A stretch of DNA of 64,000 nucleotides from Patescibacteria group bacterium (GTDB lineage Bacteria; Patescibacteriota; Kazan-3B-28; UBA10110), in contig JAZDKW010000020.1 in NCBI GenBank assembly GCA_043802665.1, forward strand, positions 7,036 to 71,035, in the 5' to 3' direction. The position numbers and the translations under genes were made by a program. This document shows positions 48,589-56,806 of the stretch, one piece after another. Below the pieces are notes generated by a model. It had not been told where the DNA came from. It searched no databases and saw only the letters and a program-made list of their open reading frames with translations. The first letter of the stretch is position 1; each line of letters begins with the position of its first letter.

Positions 48589-48956
48589 GAATTGCACATT
48601 TTCAGAGGGAGAGCTTCGTCTCTCCCTCCTTCATCCGAGTTCACCATTATTCATTGTCCGTCATTCCGGCCTACGAGCCGGAATCTAGATCCTGAATCGT
48701 ATTAATTATACGATCCTGGACAAAGCCAGGATGACGAAGTAAGGAATACTTCATCAGTTCAGGATGACGCATAAGTAAATGATGAATTCAGATGAGGGAG
48801 AAATCTCTTAACACCGAATCTTGAAAATTGAAAATTATTTCTCTTGTGGAGAGTCACATCCTCACAATCTATTTTGTGATGAGCTGACTCTCCATCAGGA
48901 GAGAAAAATATAGCCGGAATGCCCTGTAAACCGGTCAAGGGGCAAGGAGGCCAAAA

Positions 48957-49766
48957 ATGGCCAAAAAAATATTACGTCTGAATGAAGAGCAGTTTAATCT
49001 GCTCAGGAACGCTGTGCGAGAGAATCAGATTAAACGGGATAAGTTGAAGAGTCGGATGGTAGAAATACTATCCGAACTCAACTCTCTTTGCCGAGGCTTT
49101 ATTTTCTCGGATGGTACTTCTGTTGTGTCAGTTAATTTCTATGCTTTCTGGTCTTTTTCGACCGGGAGATGGAATTGCGAGGATCTGGGGTATAAGTCGG
49201 GTTTTCCGACTATCCCCCAGCGCGACAAGCGTTGGCCGGAGTTGACTGTTGCCGTGCCGGAACTGTCGGCATTAATGACGGAGTATGAGTTAAACAAGAA
49301 GGCAATGGGGGAAATTGCACATCTCACCATCGCGCCTCAGTACAGGAAAGTGCGAGGGTACTATGAAGTTGACTCAACAGAGTGGGATCGTCTTGTAGAT
49401 AGCCCCAACACCTCTTCTGGATTTTTCTGGGAAACGGAAGAAAGCGGGGGAGGCATGACAAACACCGGCTATAGCCAGGTTGTTTGTCTTCTGAGCGGTA
49501 ATCCCGCAATTGCATATTGTCTTGGACATCACGCAAATGATGTGCATGCGCGGTTCCGGTTCAGGTCCAAGTTCAGGTGGATTGAAGTTCGTGTTAAACG
49601 CTATCGGGAATCAGTTGAGATATCTGGTTGCGAAATGCCGAGTGGGGAAGAAATCTTTTATGCCACATGCATCGAAGAAGTTCCAGAATTTCTTCTGGAC
49701 GCCACCAAAGCGGCGATGGCCAAGGCAGATGATTATCACTGCCGGAAACCATATTTCATTTTTTGA
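48957..49766 (+). CDS. Hypothetical protein (array 2)
   Basis: AAGGAGG RBS, 269 aa, family not recognised. Confidence 0.8.
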   Translation: MAKKILRLNEEQFNLLRNAVRENQIKRDKLKSRMVEILSELNSLCRGFIFSDGTSVVSVNFYAFWSFSTGRWNCEDLGYKSGFPTIPQRDKRWPELTVAVPELSALMTEYELNKKAMGEIAHLTIAPQYRKVRGYYEVDSTEWDRLVDSPNTSSGFFWETEESGGGMTNTGYSQVVCLLSGNPAIAYCLGHHANDVHARFRFRSKFRWIEVRVKRYRESVEISGCEMPSGEEIFYATCIEEVPEFLLDATKAAMAKADDYHCRKPYFIF

Positions 49767-49913
49767 CCACCTTGTTCTTTCTTGGGTAATAAGACGGGGG
49801 CCTTACGGCCCCCCTTTCATCTGAGTTTACCATCTGTAAATGATGAATTCAGATGAGGGAATCATCTCTCAAATTTTCTCGGCAAAATGCCGAAATGAAC
49901 CTTGAGGTGTAAC

Positions 49914-50171
49914 ATGGCTGTTGGTAAGTGGACCACTACTGTTATCGGAGTATATTGGGACAAAATGATCGACGGTATAGCTGAGGAATTTGTCTATAGG
50001 CTATACAAAGAGTTATCTGCCGAAGAGATCAATATACTTGTAGATGAGGCGTTCAAAAATATGTCTCTTTTGCCACCACAACTTGCAGATTGTATAAAAG
50101 CAACGGTTGTTGAAATGAAGAACCGAAAACCGATAATTGCTTATCCTCCTACCACGGGAGAATCTGGATAG
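49914..50171 (+). CDS. Hypothetical protein (array 2)
   Basis: GAGGTG RBS; stop lies inside the hairpin preceding the repeat. Confidence 0.65.
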   Translation: MAVGKWTTTVIGVYWDKMIDGIAEEFVYRLYKELSAEEINILVDEAFKNMSLLPPQLADCIKATVVEMKNRKPIIAYPPTTGESG

Positions 50172-50287
50172 ATTCTCCCCCTTCATCCGAGTTCAGCATT
50201 CGGCAAGCTCATGACAGAGCACGAATAATGAATTCAGATGAGGGGCAACTCTCAATTCGAAATTTGAAAATACAAGGAGGCACGAAA

Positions 50288-50572
50288 ATGCCGAAAAAGC
50301 CATGGTTCATTAAGATTTTATGCTACGGGATGATTATCGGGAGCATAGCATTGATTGTTGTTATGCTCTCGAGTGGTTTCTATTCTGAACTATTCATTTC
50401 CCCAGCGGAGTCACGCTGGTGGTGGGTGCTAATTAACCCAACACCAGAAGCTATTGATCACGGGACACTGTGGATGTGGGTGCTTGCAGTGTTCCCAGTT
50501 GTGACGGCGATACTTGGGGTTCTGGGTTTGGGTCGTTGCTCCCTCGGGGCATCATCCCCCTTGGTCTCTTAG
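50288..50572 (+). CDS. Small two-TM membrane protein (array 2)
   Basis: AAGGAGG RBS, two hydrophobic helices. Confidence 0.7.
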   Translation: MPKKPWFIKILCYGMIIGSIALIVVMLSSGFYSELFISPAESRWWWVLINPTPEAIDHGTLWMWVLAVFPVVTAILGVLGLGRCSLGASSPLVS

Positions 50573-50721
50573 CTCTCTGCTATCCTCTTTGTTCTTTTGT
50601 GGATACACGGGGGCCTTACGGCCCCCCCTTCATCCGAGTTCAGCATCTACAAATGATGAATTCAGATGAGGGAGATAAGCACGCAAAAAATATAATAAAG
50701 AATATAATAAAAATAGATTAA

Positions 50722-50924
50722 CAAATAGTCGGTGGGAGGCTGTAAGAAATTTGAAAGGAATTTTACCCCGTAAAAAGTTTTACTTTTTTCGGGGCGAATC
50801 AGGGTTCAATGTTTGGTCCCTGAAACCGAAAGGAAGAGGGGATTAATTTCTCTCCTCAAGAGCATCGGTTCTTGATTCGTATAATTTCAATCTAAATTTT
50901 CTTACAGCCTTCTGTTGGCTATTT
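50722..50924 (+). ncRNA. Candidate structured RNA
   Basis: 27-bp closing stem with several G-U pairs enclosing multiple hairpins. Confidence 0.45.
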
Positions 50925-50977
50925 TTTATTGTTGTACTTTTCTGTAGAATAGATGTAGCTTATCTTTGAGAAGATAT

Positions 50978-51092
50978 GGGCACTTAGCTCAGTCCGAACG
51001 GGACCCCTTCGGGGTTGGTTACCCGCCCGTACCGAACGGGTACGTTCGGGTGGGGAGCGTTCGGTTTACATCCGAAAGGTCGGGGTTCGCCC
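50978..51092 (+). pseudogene. tRNA-Val(TAC) pseudogene with two palindromic insertions in the D arm
   Basis: GGGCACTTAGCTCAG[ins]GTTGGTTA[ins]GAGCGTTCGGTTTACATCCGAA; no 3' acceptor strand. Confidence 0.7.
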
Positions 51093-51228
51093 CGCATCTG
51101 AAGATGTTAATGTATAACTAAACAAGATTGATCTACTATTTTTACAATATTACTGAAATAAGTAGTAGCGCGGGGCGCCCTGCGAATGCTGGGGCGAGCC
51201 CTGAATAGATATTTAACTAAAATAATGC

Positions 51229-51304
51229 GGACGATTAGCTCAGCGGTTAGAGCACTCGGTTTACATCCGAGGGGTCATAGGTTCAAATCCTATATCGTCC
51301 ACCA
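51229..51304 (+). tRNA. tRNA-Val(TAC)
   Basis: GGACGAT/ATCGTCC acceptor, TT-TAC-AT loop, ACCA. Confidence 0.95.
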
Positions 51305-51309
51305 CTTTA

Positions 51310-51395
51310 GGACAGGTGGCGGAATGGCAGACGCGCTAGGTTAAGGGCCTAGTGAGAGCAATCTCGTGGAGGTTCAAGTCCTCTCCTGTCCACCA
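51310..51395 (+). tRNA. tRNA-Leu(AAG)
   Basis: CTAGG-TTAAGGG-CCTAG anticodon arm, long variable arm, ACCA. Confidence 0.9.
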
Positions 51396-51625
51396 AAACA
51401 CGGTGCTCTGCAAAGCAGGGCAGTAAGTTTTGGTGTGGATGGAGTGGATTTGATAAGTCCTCCCTGCCCCGTCTCATTTGGCGAAGACAAATGCATCGGG
51501 GTCCTGTCCACCAGCCGGCGCTCTCCGAGCTATGGCTGGCTACGCCATTTTTTATTGTTCACAAGAAGCCCCGTGTATACTGGGACGACTGACATGGTCC
51601 ACTGATTAGATATTGGAAATAGCTA

Positions 51626-51654
51626 TTGACGCAATGGTGTTTTGGTGGTACACT
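51626..51654 (+). promoter_or_regulatory. Sigma70 promoter
   Basis: TTGACG-17 nt-TACACT. Confidence 0.7.
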
Positions 51655-51715
51655 TTTATTCGTACATTTGAACCTTTGAATTCTTTGAATTCTTTCTTAC
51701 ACTGAAAACATCGAG

Positions 51716-51982
51716 GTGATTCTCGTGTCTATTACTCTAGACTTGGATAATCGTACTCAGGCATGCCAGTTGATGGGTAATCTTGTCTCTCGCATAAAAG
51801 CGGGGGATAAAACTATCACGACCAAAGACTTGTTAGTTGCGTATACTCATGCGCAAGATTGTTCCCATTGTTCTCCAATGGCAGGTGCCATATCAGTATT
51901 GATGTTTTATAAGTTGGCTGGCGTTCTAAGAAGTTTCCCACCCCCAACTGGGGGAAGATATCTTCGCCATCATCGCTGGTAG
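51716..51982 (+). CDS. Hypothetical protein with HxxxCxxC motif
   Basis: Own promoter, terminator at 52017-52052; start uncertain. Confidence 0.55.
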   Translation: MILVSITLDLDNRTQACQLMGNLVSRIKAGDKTITTKDLLVAYTHAQDCSHCSPMAGAISVLMFYKLAGVLRSFPPPTGGRYLRHHRW

Positions 51983-52016
51983 CACATTAATGTGGTCCCC
52001 TCCTCCCCTTGTGATA

Positions 52017-52052
52017 GCGCCCTCATGAATTTAATTGAGGGCGCGTTTTTTT
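52017..52052 (+). terminator. Rho-independent terminator
   Basis: GCGCCCTCA...TGAGGGCGC-GTTTTTTT. Confidence 0.75.
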
Positions 52053-52111
52053 ATATTGAGAAATTTTATTTGATTAGGGTACACTATTAATTAGTAGGGG
52101 ATATTAAAATA

Positions 52112-52185
52112 GGCCTGGTGGCCGAGCGGTTAGGCAGGGGTCTGCAAAACCTCGTATAGCGGTTCGACTCCGCTCCAGGCCTCCA
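52112..52185 (+). tRNA. tRNA-Cys(GCA)
   Basis: GGCCTGG/CCAGGCC acceptor, CT-GCA-AA loop, TCCA. Confidence 0.95.
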
Positions 52186-52294
52186 TACGTGGTTGATAAT
52201 TTTCGGTCGGGTCTTTGACCCGGTCTCCGACTCGGATAAGTCTCCGACTTGGAGAGAGGTCCTCCAGTCGCCGAAAGCGGCTCCGGACCGGAGG

Positions 52295-52380
52295 GGGCGG
52301 ATGGCGGAATGGCAGACGCGCTAGATTCAGGTTCTAGTGAGAGCAATCTCGTGGAGGTTCAAGTCCTCTTCCGCCCACCA
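52295..52380 (+). tRNA. tRNA-Leu(CAG)
   Basis: CTAGA-TTCAGGT-TCTAG, long variable arm, ACCA. Confidence 0.95.
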
Positions 52381-52603
52381 AAACTTAATTATTCAAGTCC
52401 TCCCTGCCCGGCCGAAGTTCTGCTATATAGCAGAACGAAGGAGGGTTCCGCCCACCAGATATAAAACTATAATAGCTTGGCTTTTTAGGGTAGGGGAGTT
52501 TTGGTATGAAAAATCCTATACCTATAACTTAAACGGCTCAACGACGTTCTCGTTGAGCCGTTTAGGTATGTGACATAAAAACAGGTCTGGGAGCGTAAAA
52601 ACC

Positions 52604-52632
52604 TTGACTCATAGGAGGTTTTGTAGTATATT
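52604..52632 (+). promoter_or_regulatory. Sigma70 promoter
   Basis: TTGACT-17 nt-TATATT. Confidence 0.65.
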
Positions 52633-52858
52633 TAATTGAGTTTGCTAGGGGATGTCTGGATGCAATAAGTTAAAAAATAGCTAGTCGGTTAGAGTTAAAT
52701 CCTATCCCTTAGTTTTCTTAAGTATTTTGCATCTTAAATTTAGTTTTTGTTCAGGACGATTTGGTCATAAATCAGATAGTTTGGGTTTGATTGTGCCTAG
52801 ATTGTCCTGAATAAATCGGGACGGTTGGCCTAGAGTCGCCAGCTAACTTTCATACGGG

Positions 52859-53203
52859 GTGGATAATGCTATGGGAAATTCTGTTTTTGTTCTTGGGAGA
52901 GAGCCCATGACTGTTGCGAGGATCGCCGCGGTATTGGGTGATTTGCCCGATGATTTCATCGGGCCGCTAGAATGGAAGCGTTTTCCTGAGTATCCAGATG
53001 AATTGCACCATCTCTTAGATTGCAACCCCTGTGTAATAGATTTCGATACTCTCGATGATGAGAGTATCGAAATGGTGTGCAATGCAGCGCAAAATTCATC
53101 TGGCATTATCTGCAGTTTCTGGATTTATTCCAGAAAAGATGGCACCATGAAACTTATTATGCGGGGATACAAATCCCCACTAGTTTCAATGACTGTCGGC
53201 TAA
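52859..53203 (+). CDS. Hypothetical protein
   Basis: 114 aa ORF after a long structured leader; start could be ATG 52871. Confidence 0.55.
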   Translation: MDNAMGNSVFVLGREPMTVARIAAVLGDLPDDFIGPLEWKRFPEYPDELHHLLDCNPCVIDFDTLDDESIEMVCNAAQNSSGIICSFWIYSRKDGTMKLIMRGYKSPLVSMTVG

Positions 53204-53485
53204 AACGAAGGAGTTCCCGTTCAACCAAGATGAGTGGAAATAACGAAGGAAGGATTTCCACTCACTTTCTCTTGTTTGTTCATTGTTTTCGATCAGTTAC
53301 TGGGGATAGACCAAGAAGTTTTTTAAACTTGAGCCTATCCCCGTTCTTTTTTCAAGCAGAAGCTTGGAGATAAATTTAAAGTAATTTGTCTCTAAACTTC
53401 TTCCTGGCTAGAGTAAAATCGGGGTCAGATAGTATCTTAAAATTTTCCCTGCCAAAAATTGGCCGGGATATCAAGGAGAACCTGA

Positions 53486-54148
53486 ATGTACAGGACAACA
53501 ATTAATACGACTCTTATGTCGTTCCTGACAAGAGATGGTCGGAAGGAATTGGCGGGGAAACTCGAGGAACTCATCGAGTGGCTCGAAACCTTCGCCAATG
53601 ACGCCTTGCGATTAGAGGATGGATGTGTCGGTAAGTACACCACAGAGATTATTGGGTTGATGTCAGCCGTGAGAGATCTCAAGAAAGTCATCTTGCGTTA
53701 TTACAAGCAAGATGAAAAAGATGTGTATTTTAGCTGGTCCGAAATACAGTACAGCATAATGCACCACGTTCGGGCATGGCAGTGGACATTCCGCGCCATT
53801 CCTGAAGCCGATGACCACGCTCGGTACCTCGAAATGATATTGAAACACTGCCGAACCGTGATTGTATCTTTGGATGGCAATTTCTGGGTATATGAGGAAG
53901 GCGATCATCTCCCTCAGGAAGTGCTGGATAGATGGTTGGCTGGCAAACGGCCAGATCCAGTCCAGACAGAAAGTGGCCCGGTCTCACCGAGCTGGGGTTA
54001 TGAGATCGTAACGATTGTTCCTGGGTTTGTCATGCACCCGACGTTGGAACTATTTTTTACGATCAGTCCGAAGGTGGATATCAAAATAACGGTCTACCCG
54101 GTTTCGGGAGAGGTTGAAGAATCTGCTGAAGTACCGGCGACAGTATAA
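53486..54148 (+). CDS. Hypothetical protein
   Basis: AAGGAG RBS, 220 aa, terminator follows. Confidence 0.75.
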   Translation: MYRTTINTTLMSFLTRDGRKELAGKLEELIEWLETFANDALRLEDGCVGKYTTEIIGLMSAVRDLKKVILRYYKQDEKDVYFSWSEIQYSIMHHVRAWQWTFRAIPEADDHARYLEMILKHCRTVIVSLDGNFWVYEEGDHLPQEVLDRWLAGKRPDPVQTESGPVSPSWGYEIVTIVPGFVMHPTLELFFTISPKVDIKITVYPVSGEVEESAEVPATV

Positions 54149-54187
54149 GCTAGTTGTCGATCATATCTCCTTAATTTGCACACAGTC

Positions 54188-54215
54188 AAGCCCCGTCTTA
54201 AAGATGGGGCTTTTT
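54188..54215 (+). terminator. Rho-independent terminator
   Basis: AAGCCCCGTCT-TAA-AGATGGGGCTTTTT. Confidence 0.8.
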
Positions 54216-54367
54216 CGTATCTAGAGATGTTGTATAATCAATGATGTGTTGGTTGCATCATTTCCGCCAGTTGGCGGACTGGTCTTATTCAGAATCGTAT
54301 AATATATAATGAATCTATAAGATTCTGGACGCACTTTGTTTGCCAGAATGACGAATTGGAGAAAAAA

Positions 54368-54643
54368 ATGAGGAAATACGAGAAATTAAGCCGCAAATAT
54401 AAATATCGGATGAAGCAAAAATATTCCGAAGATCCCTTCGCTTTTCTTATTTTATGGTCCCTATTTTTCAGCGCAGTTTTTCTGGTGTTTGCCTTTAGAG
54501 GATTAATTGCGGCAATTTTTATGCCAAAGGTAGATGTATCCGATCAACCAATTGTTAGCGAGGATACTCTTAACCCCAACTCAGCAAATTCTACAGATAA
54601 ATCCCCTGCCAATAATTCTGATTTATCAAATACAACCGAATGA
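54368..54643 (+). CDS. Single-TM hypothetical protein
   Basis: Basic N-terminus, TM helix, polar tail; ATGA overlap with the next gene. Confidence 0.6.
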   Translation: MRKYEKLSRKYKYRMKQKYSEDPFAFLILWSLFFSAVFLVFAFRGLIAAIFMPKVDVSDQPIVSEDTLNPNSANSTDKSPANNSDLSNTTE

Positions 54644-55236
54644 AGTGGTTGTTTTGGTTAATTGGTTTTCCAGTCTTGCTGGTGGCCGTTGTCATAAGTG
54701 GCATTATTAGTGCCGGATTTTTCTTGTCTCCACAGGATGCTTTAGAAAAAAGCGATGTGATCATTGCTATTTCGGGTGGAGAAACTCAACAACGGGTGGC
54801 AGAGGCGGTGCAGTTGTATCGAGATGGTTGGGCCCCTCTAATGATTATGTCGGGAGCGGCGCGGGACGAAGGCCCGTCCAATGCTTTAACGATGCAAAAT
54901 ATAGCAGTAGCGGCTGGTGTGCCCAAGAATAAAATACTTATTGAAGAGTCAGCTACTACCACTGCCCTTAATGCAACTTTTGTGCGTAATATTATTGAAG
55001 AGAAAAAATTTACTAAAGTTATTTTAGTCACTTCGCCTTATCACCAACGTCGAGCCAGTTTAGCTTTTATTAAGGCCTTAAAAGGTTTGCCAGTAAAAAT
55101 AATTAATCATTCTTCTACTGACTCGATTTGGCGTAAGAAAGGTTGGTGGTGGGATGAATGGGCCAGAGAATTAACCTGGACAGAAATTCAGAAAACTATC
55201 TATACCTGGGCTATGCCTTTAGATAAATTAACGTAG
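54640..55236 (+). CDS. YdcF/DUF218 family protein
   Basis: DVIIAISGG, IMSGA, EESATTT..NA, LVTSPYHQRRA. Confidence 0.9.
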   Translation: MKWLFWLIGFPVLLVAVVISGIISAGFFLSPQDALEKSDVIIAISGGETQQRVAEAVQLYRDGWAPLMIMSGAARDEGPSNALTMQNIAVAAGVPKNKILIEESATTTALNATFVRNIIEEKKFTKVILVTSPYHQRRASLAFIKALKGLPVKIINHSSTDSIWRKKGWWWDEWARELTWTEIQKTIYTWAMPLDKLT

Positions 55237-55277
55237 GCTATAATAGATGAGGGTGTTTTAATCTTAATTAGAATAAA

Positions 55278-55856
55278 ATGAATACTTTTTTGTGGATTCT
55301 ATTAATACTTGTAGTTGTAATTGTGTTTTGGCTGATCGGTATTTTTAACGGCCTGATTGTTTTAAAGAATCGAGTAGCCGAAGCTTTTAGTGATATTGAT
55401 GTACAGCTTAAGCGTCGCTATGATCTCATCCCCAATCTTATCAATACTGTTAAAGGTTATGCAGAACATGAGCGGGAATTGTTTGAAAAGGTTACCGAAG
55501 CGCGGACGGCTGCTATGGGCGTTCCCACTAAAGATGTAGCCGAAAAAGCCAAGCGAGAAAATGCTTTAGGCGAAACATTAAAAACCTTGTTCGCCGTAGC
55601 CGAAAATTATCCCCAATTAAAAGCCAACGAGAATTTTTTGGCTTTGCAGGAAGAATTGTCTGATACCGAAAATAAAATTATGTCGGCTCGCCGTTTTTAC
55701 AACACCAATGTAAAAGATTTTAATACCAGACAAGAAACCTTTCCTGCTAATACAGTAGCCAATATGCTAGGTTTTACTAAAGCTGAATATTTTGATTTGG
55801 AGTCTAATCCAGCCGAACGCGAAAATCCTAAAGTCGATTTTTCCACTAAGGAATAA
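55278..55856 (+). CDS. lemA: LemA family protein
   Basis: IDVQLKRRYDLIPNL, AENYPQLKANENF, ARRFYN. Confidence 0.95.
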   Translation: MNTFLWILLILVVVIVFWLIGIFNGLIVLKNRVAEAFSDIDVQLKRRYDLIPNLINTVKGYAEHERELFEKVTEARTAAMGVPTKDVAEKAKRENALGETLKTLFAVAENYPQLKANENFLALQEELSDTENKIMSARRFYNTNVKDFNTRQETFPANTVANMLGFTKAEYFDLESNPAERENPKVDFSTKE

Positions 55857-55874
55857 TAATCTTTTTCGCCATCC

Positions 55875-56771
55875 ATGTATAAAGAGATTGCGGCGAATCG
55901 CCAGAAAACAATTTTTCTTATCACTGTATTTTTGGTGATATTAATTGGTGCAGGTTATGCCGCATCGGTATATTGGGATAGTCCAGATGTGTTGTTTTTG
56001 GCTGTGATAGTTAGCATTGGGATGAGTTGGTGGAGTTATTTCGCTGGTGACAAGGCGATTTTGTCTATGTCGGGAGCCAGATTAGTTCGACAGGGTGCAA
56101 AGTTAAAAGAAACTCAGATTGTACATTTAGTTGAGAATCTTTGTATTACTGCTGGCTTGCCCACACCAAAGGTTTATTTGGTAAATGATCCTGCCCCCAA
56201 TGCGTTTGCAGTGGGCAGAGATCCCAAGCATGCTAGCATTGCTCTGACTACTGGCATAGTAGAAAAGCTAGATAAAGTTGAACTAGAGGGTGTGATTGCG
56301 CATGAATTATCGCATGTAAAAAATTATGATATTTTATTGGCCACGGTAGTTATAACATTGTTAGGTGTGATTACTTTGGTCGCTGATTGGATGAGTCGGC
56401 GTAGTCGATGGATGAATTTTAATAACAACAACCGCAACAACCAGGGCAATAATATTATGGCGATAGTTGCAATCGTCTTCTTAATTTTGGCGCCAATATT
56501 TGCTCAGTTAGTTTATTTAGCCATCTCGCGTCAGCGGGAATATTTAGCCGATGCATCGGGTGCTTTGCTTACTCGATATCCCGAGGGTTTGGCTAGTGCT
56601 TTAAAAAAATTAGCCGCTGATACCAATCAATTAAAATTTGCTAATCGCGCCACCGCCAGCTTGTATATTGTGAATCCTTTCAAGAAAACAAATGCCATGT
56701 TGGCAGAAACATTATCTACCCATCCGCCACTAGCAAAACGGATTGCAGCACTGGAGCGGATGAATGTTTAG
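55875..56771 (+). CDS. htpX: M48 zinc metalloprotease HtpX
   Basis: PNAFAVG, HELSH, REYLADA, STHPP. Confidence 0.93.
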   Translation: MYKEIAANRQKTIFLITVFLVILIGAGYAASVYWDSPDVLFLAVIVSIGMSWWSYFAGDKAILSMSGARLVRQGAKLKETQIVHLVENLCITAGLPTPKVYLVNDPAPNAFAVGRDPKHASIALTTGIVEKLDKVELEGVIAHELSHVKNYDILLATVVITLLGVITLVADWMSRRSRWMNFNNNNRNNQGNNIMAIVAIVFLILAPIFAQLVYLAISRQREYLADASGALLTRYPEGLASALKKLAADTNQLKFANRATASLYIVNPFKKTNAMLAETLSTHPPLAKRIAALERMNV

Positions 56772-56806
56772 TTTCATGATAAAATGATAAAAACGATGGG
56801 GGAGCT

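Larger units (their letters stand above)
47211..50672 (+). repeat. Array 2: five copies of an imperfect palindrome (47211-47264, 48626-48800, 49812-49859, 50178-50245, 50626-50672)
   Basis: CCTTCATCCGAGTTCA-variable loop-TGAATTCAGATGAGGG, one copy in each intergenic gap; the first copy is more divergent. Confidence 0.92.

Noticed and set aside
47408-48688. Long alternative-frame and antisense ORFs inside the Csx3-like gene
   Set aside because: Expected shadow ORFs in a GC-rich gene; no recognisable motifs.
47211-50672. Canonical integron attC array or CRISPR array
   Set aside because: No RYYYAAC/GTTRRRY core sites and no intI in the window; the spacers are whole genes.
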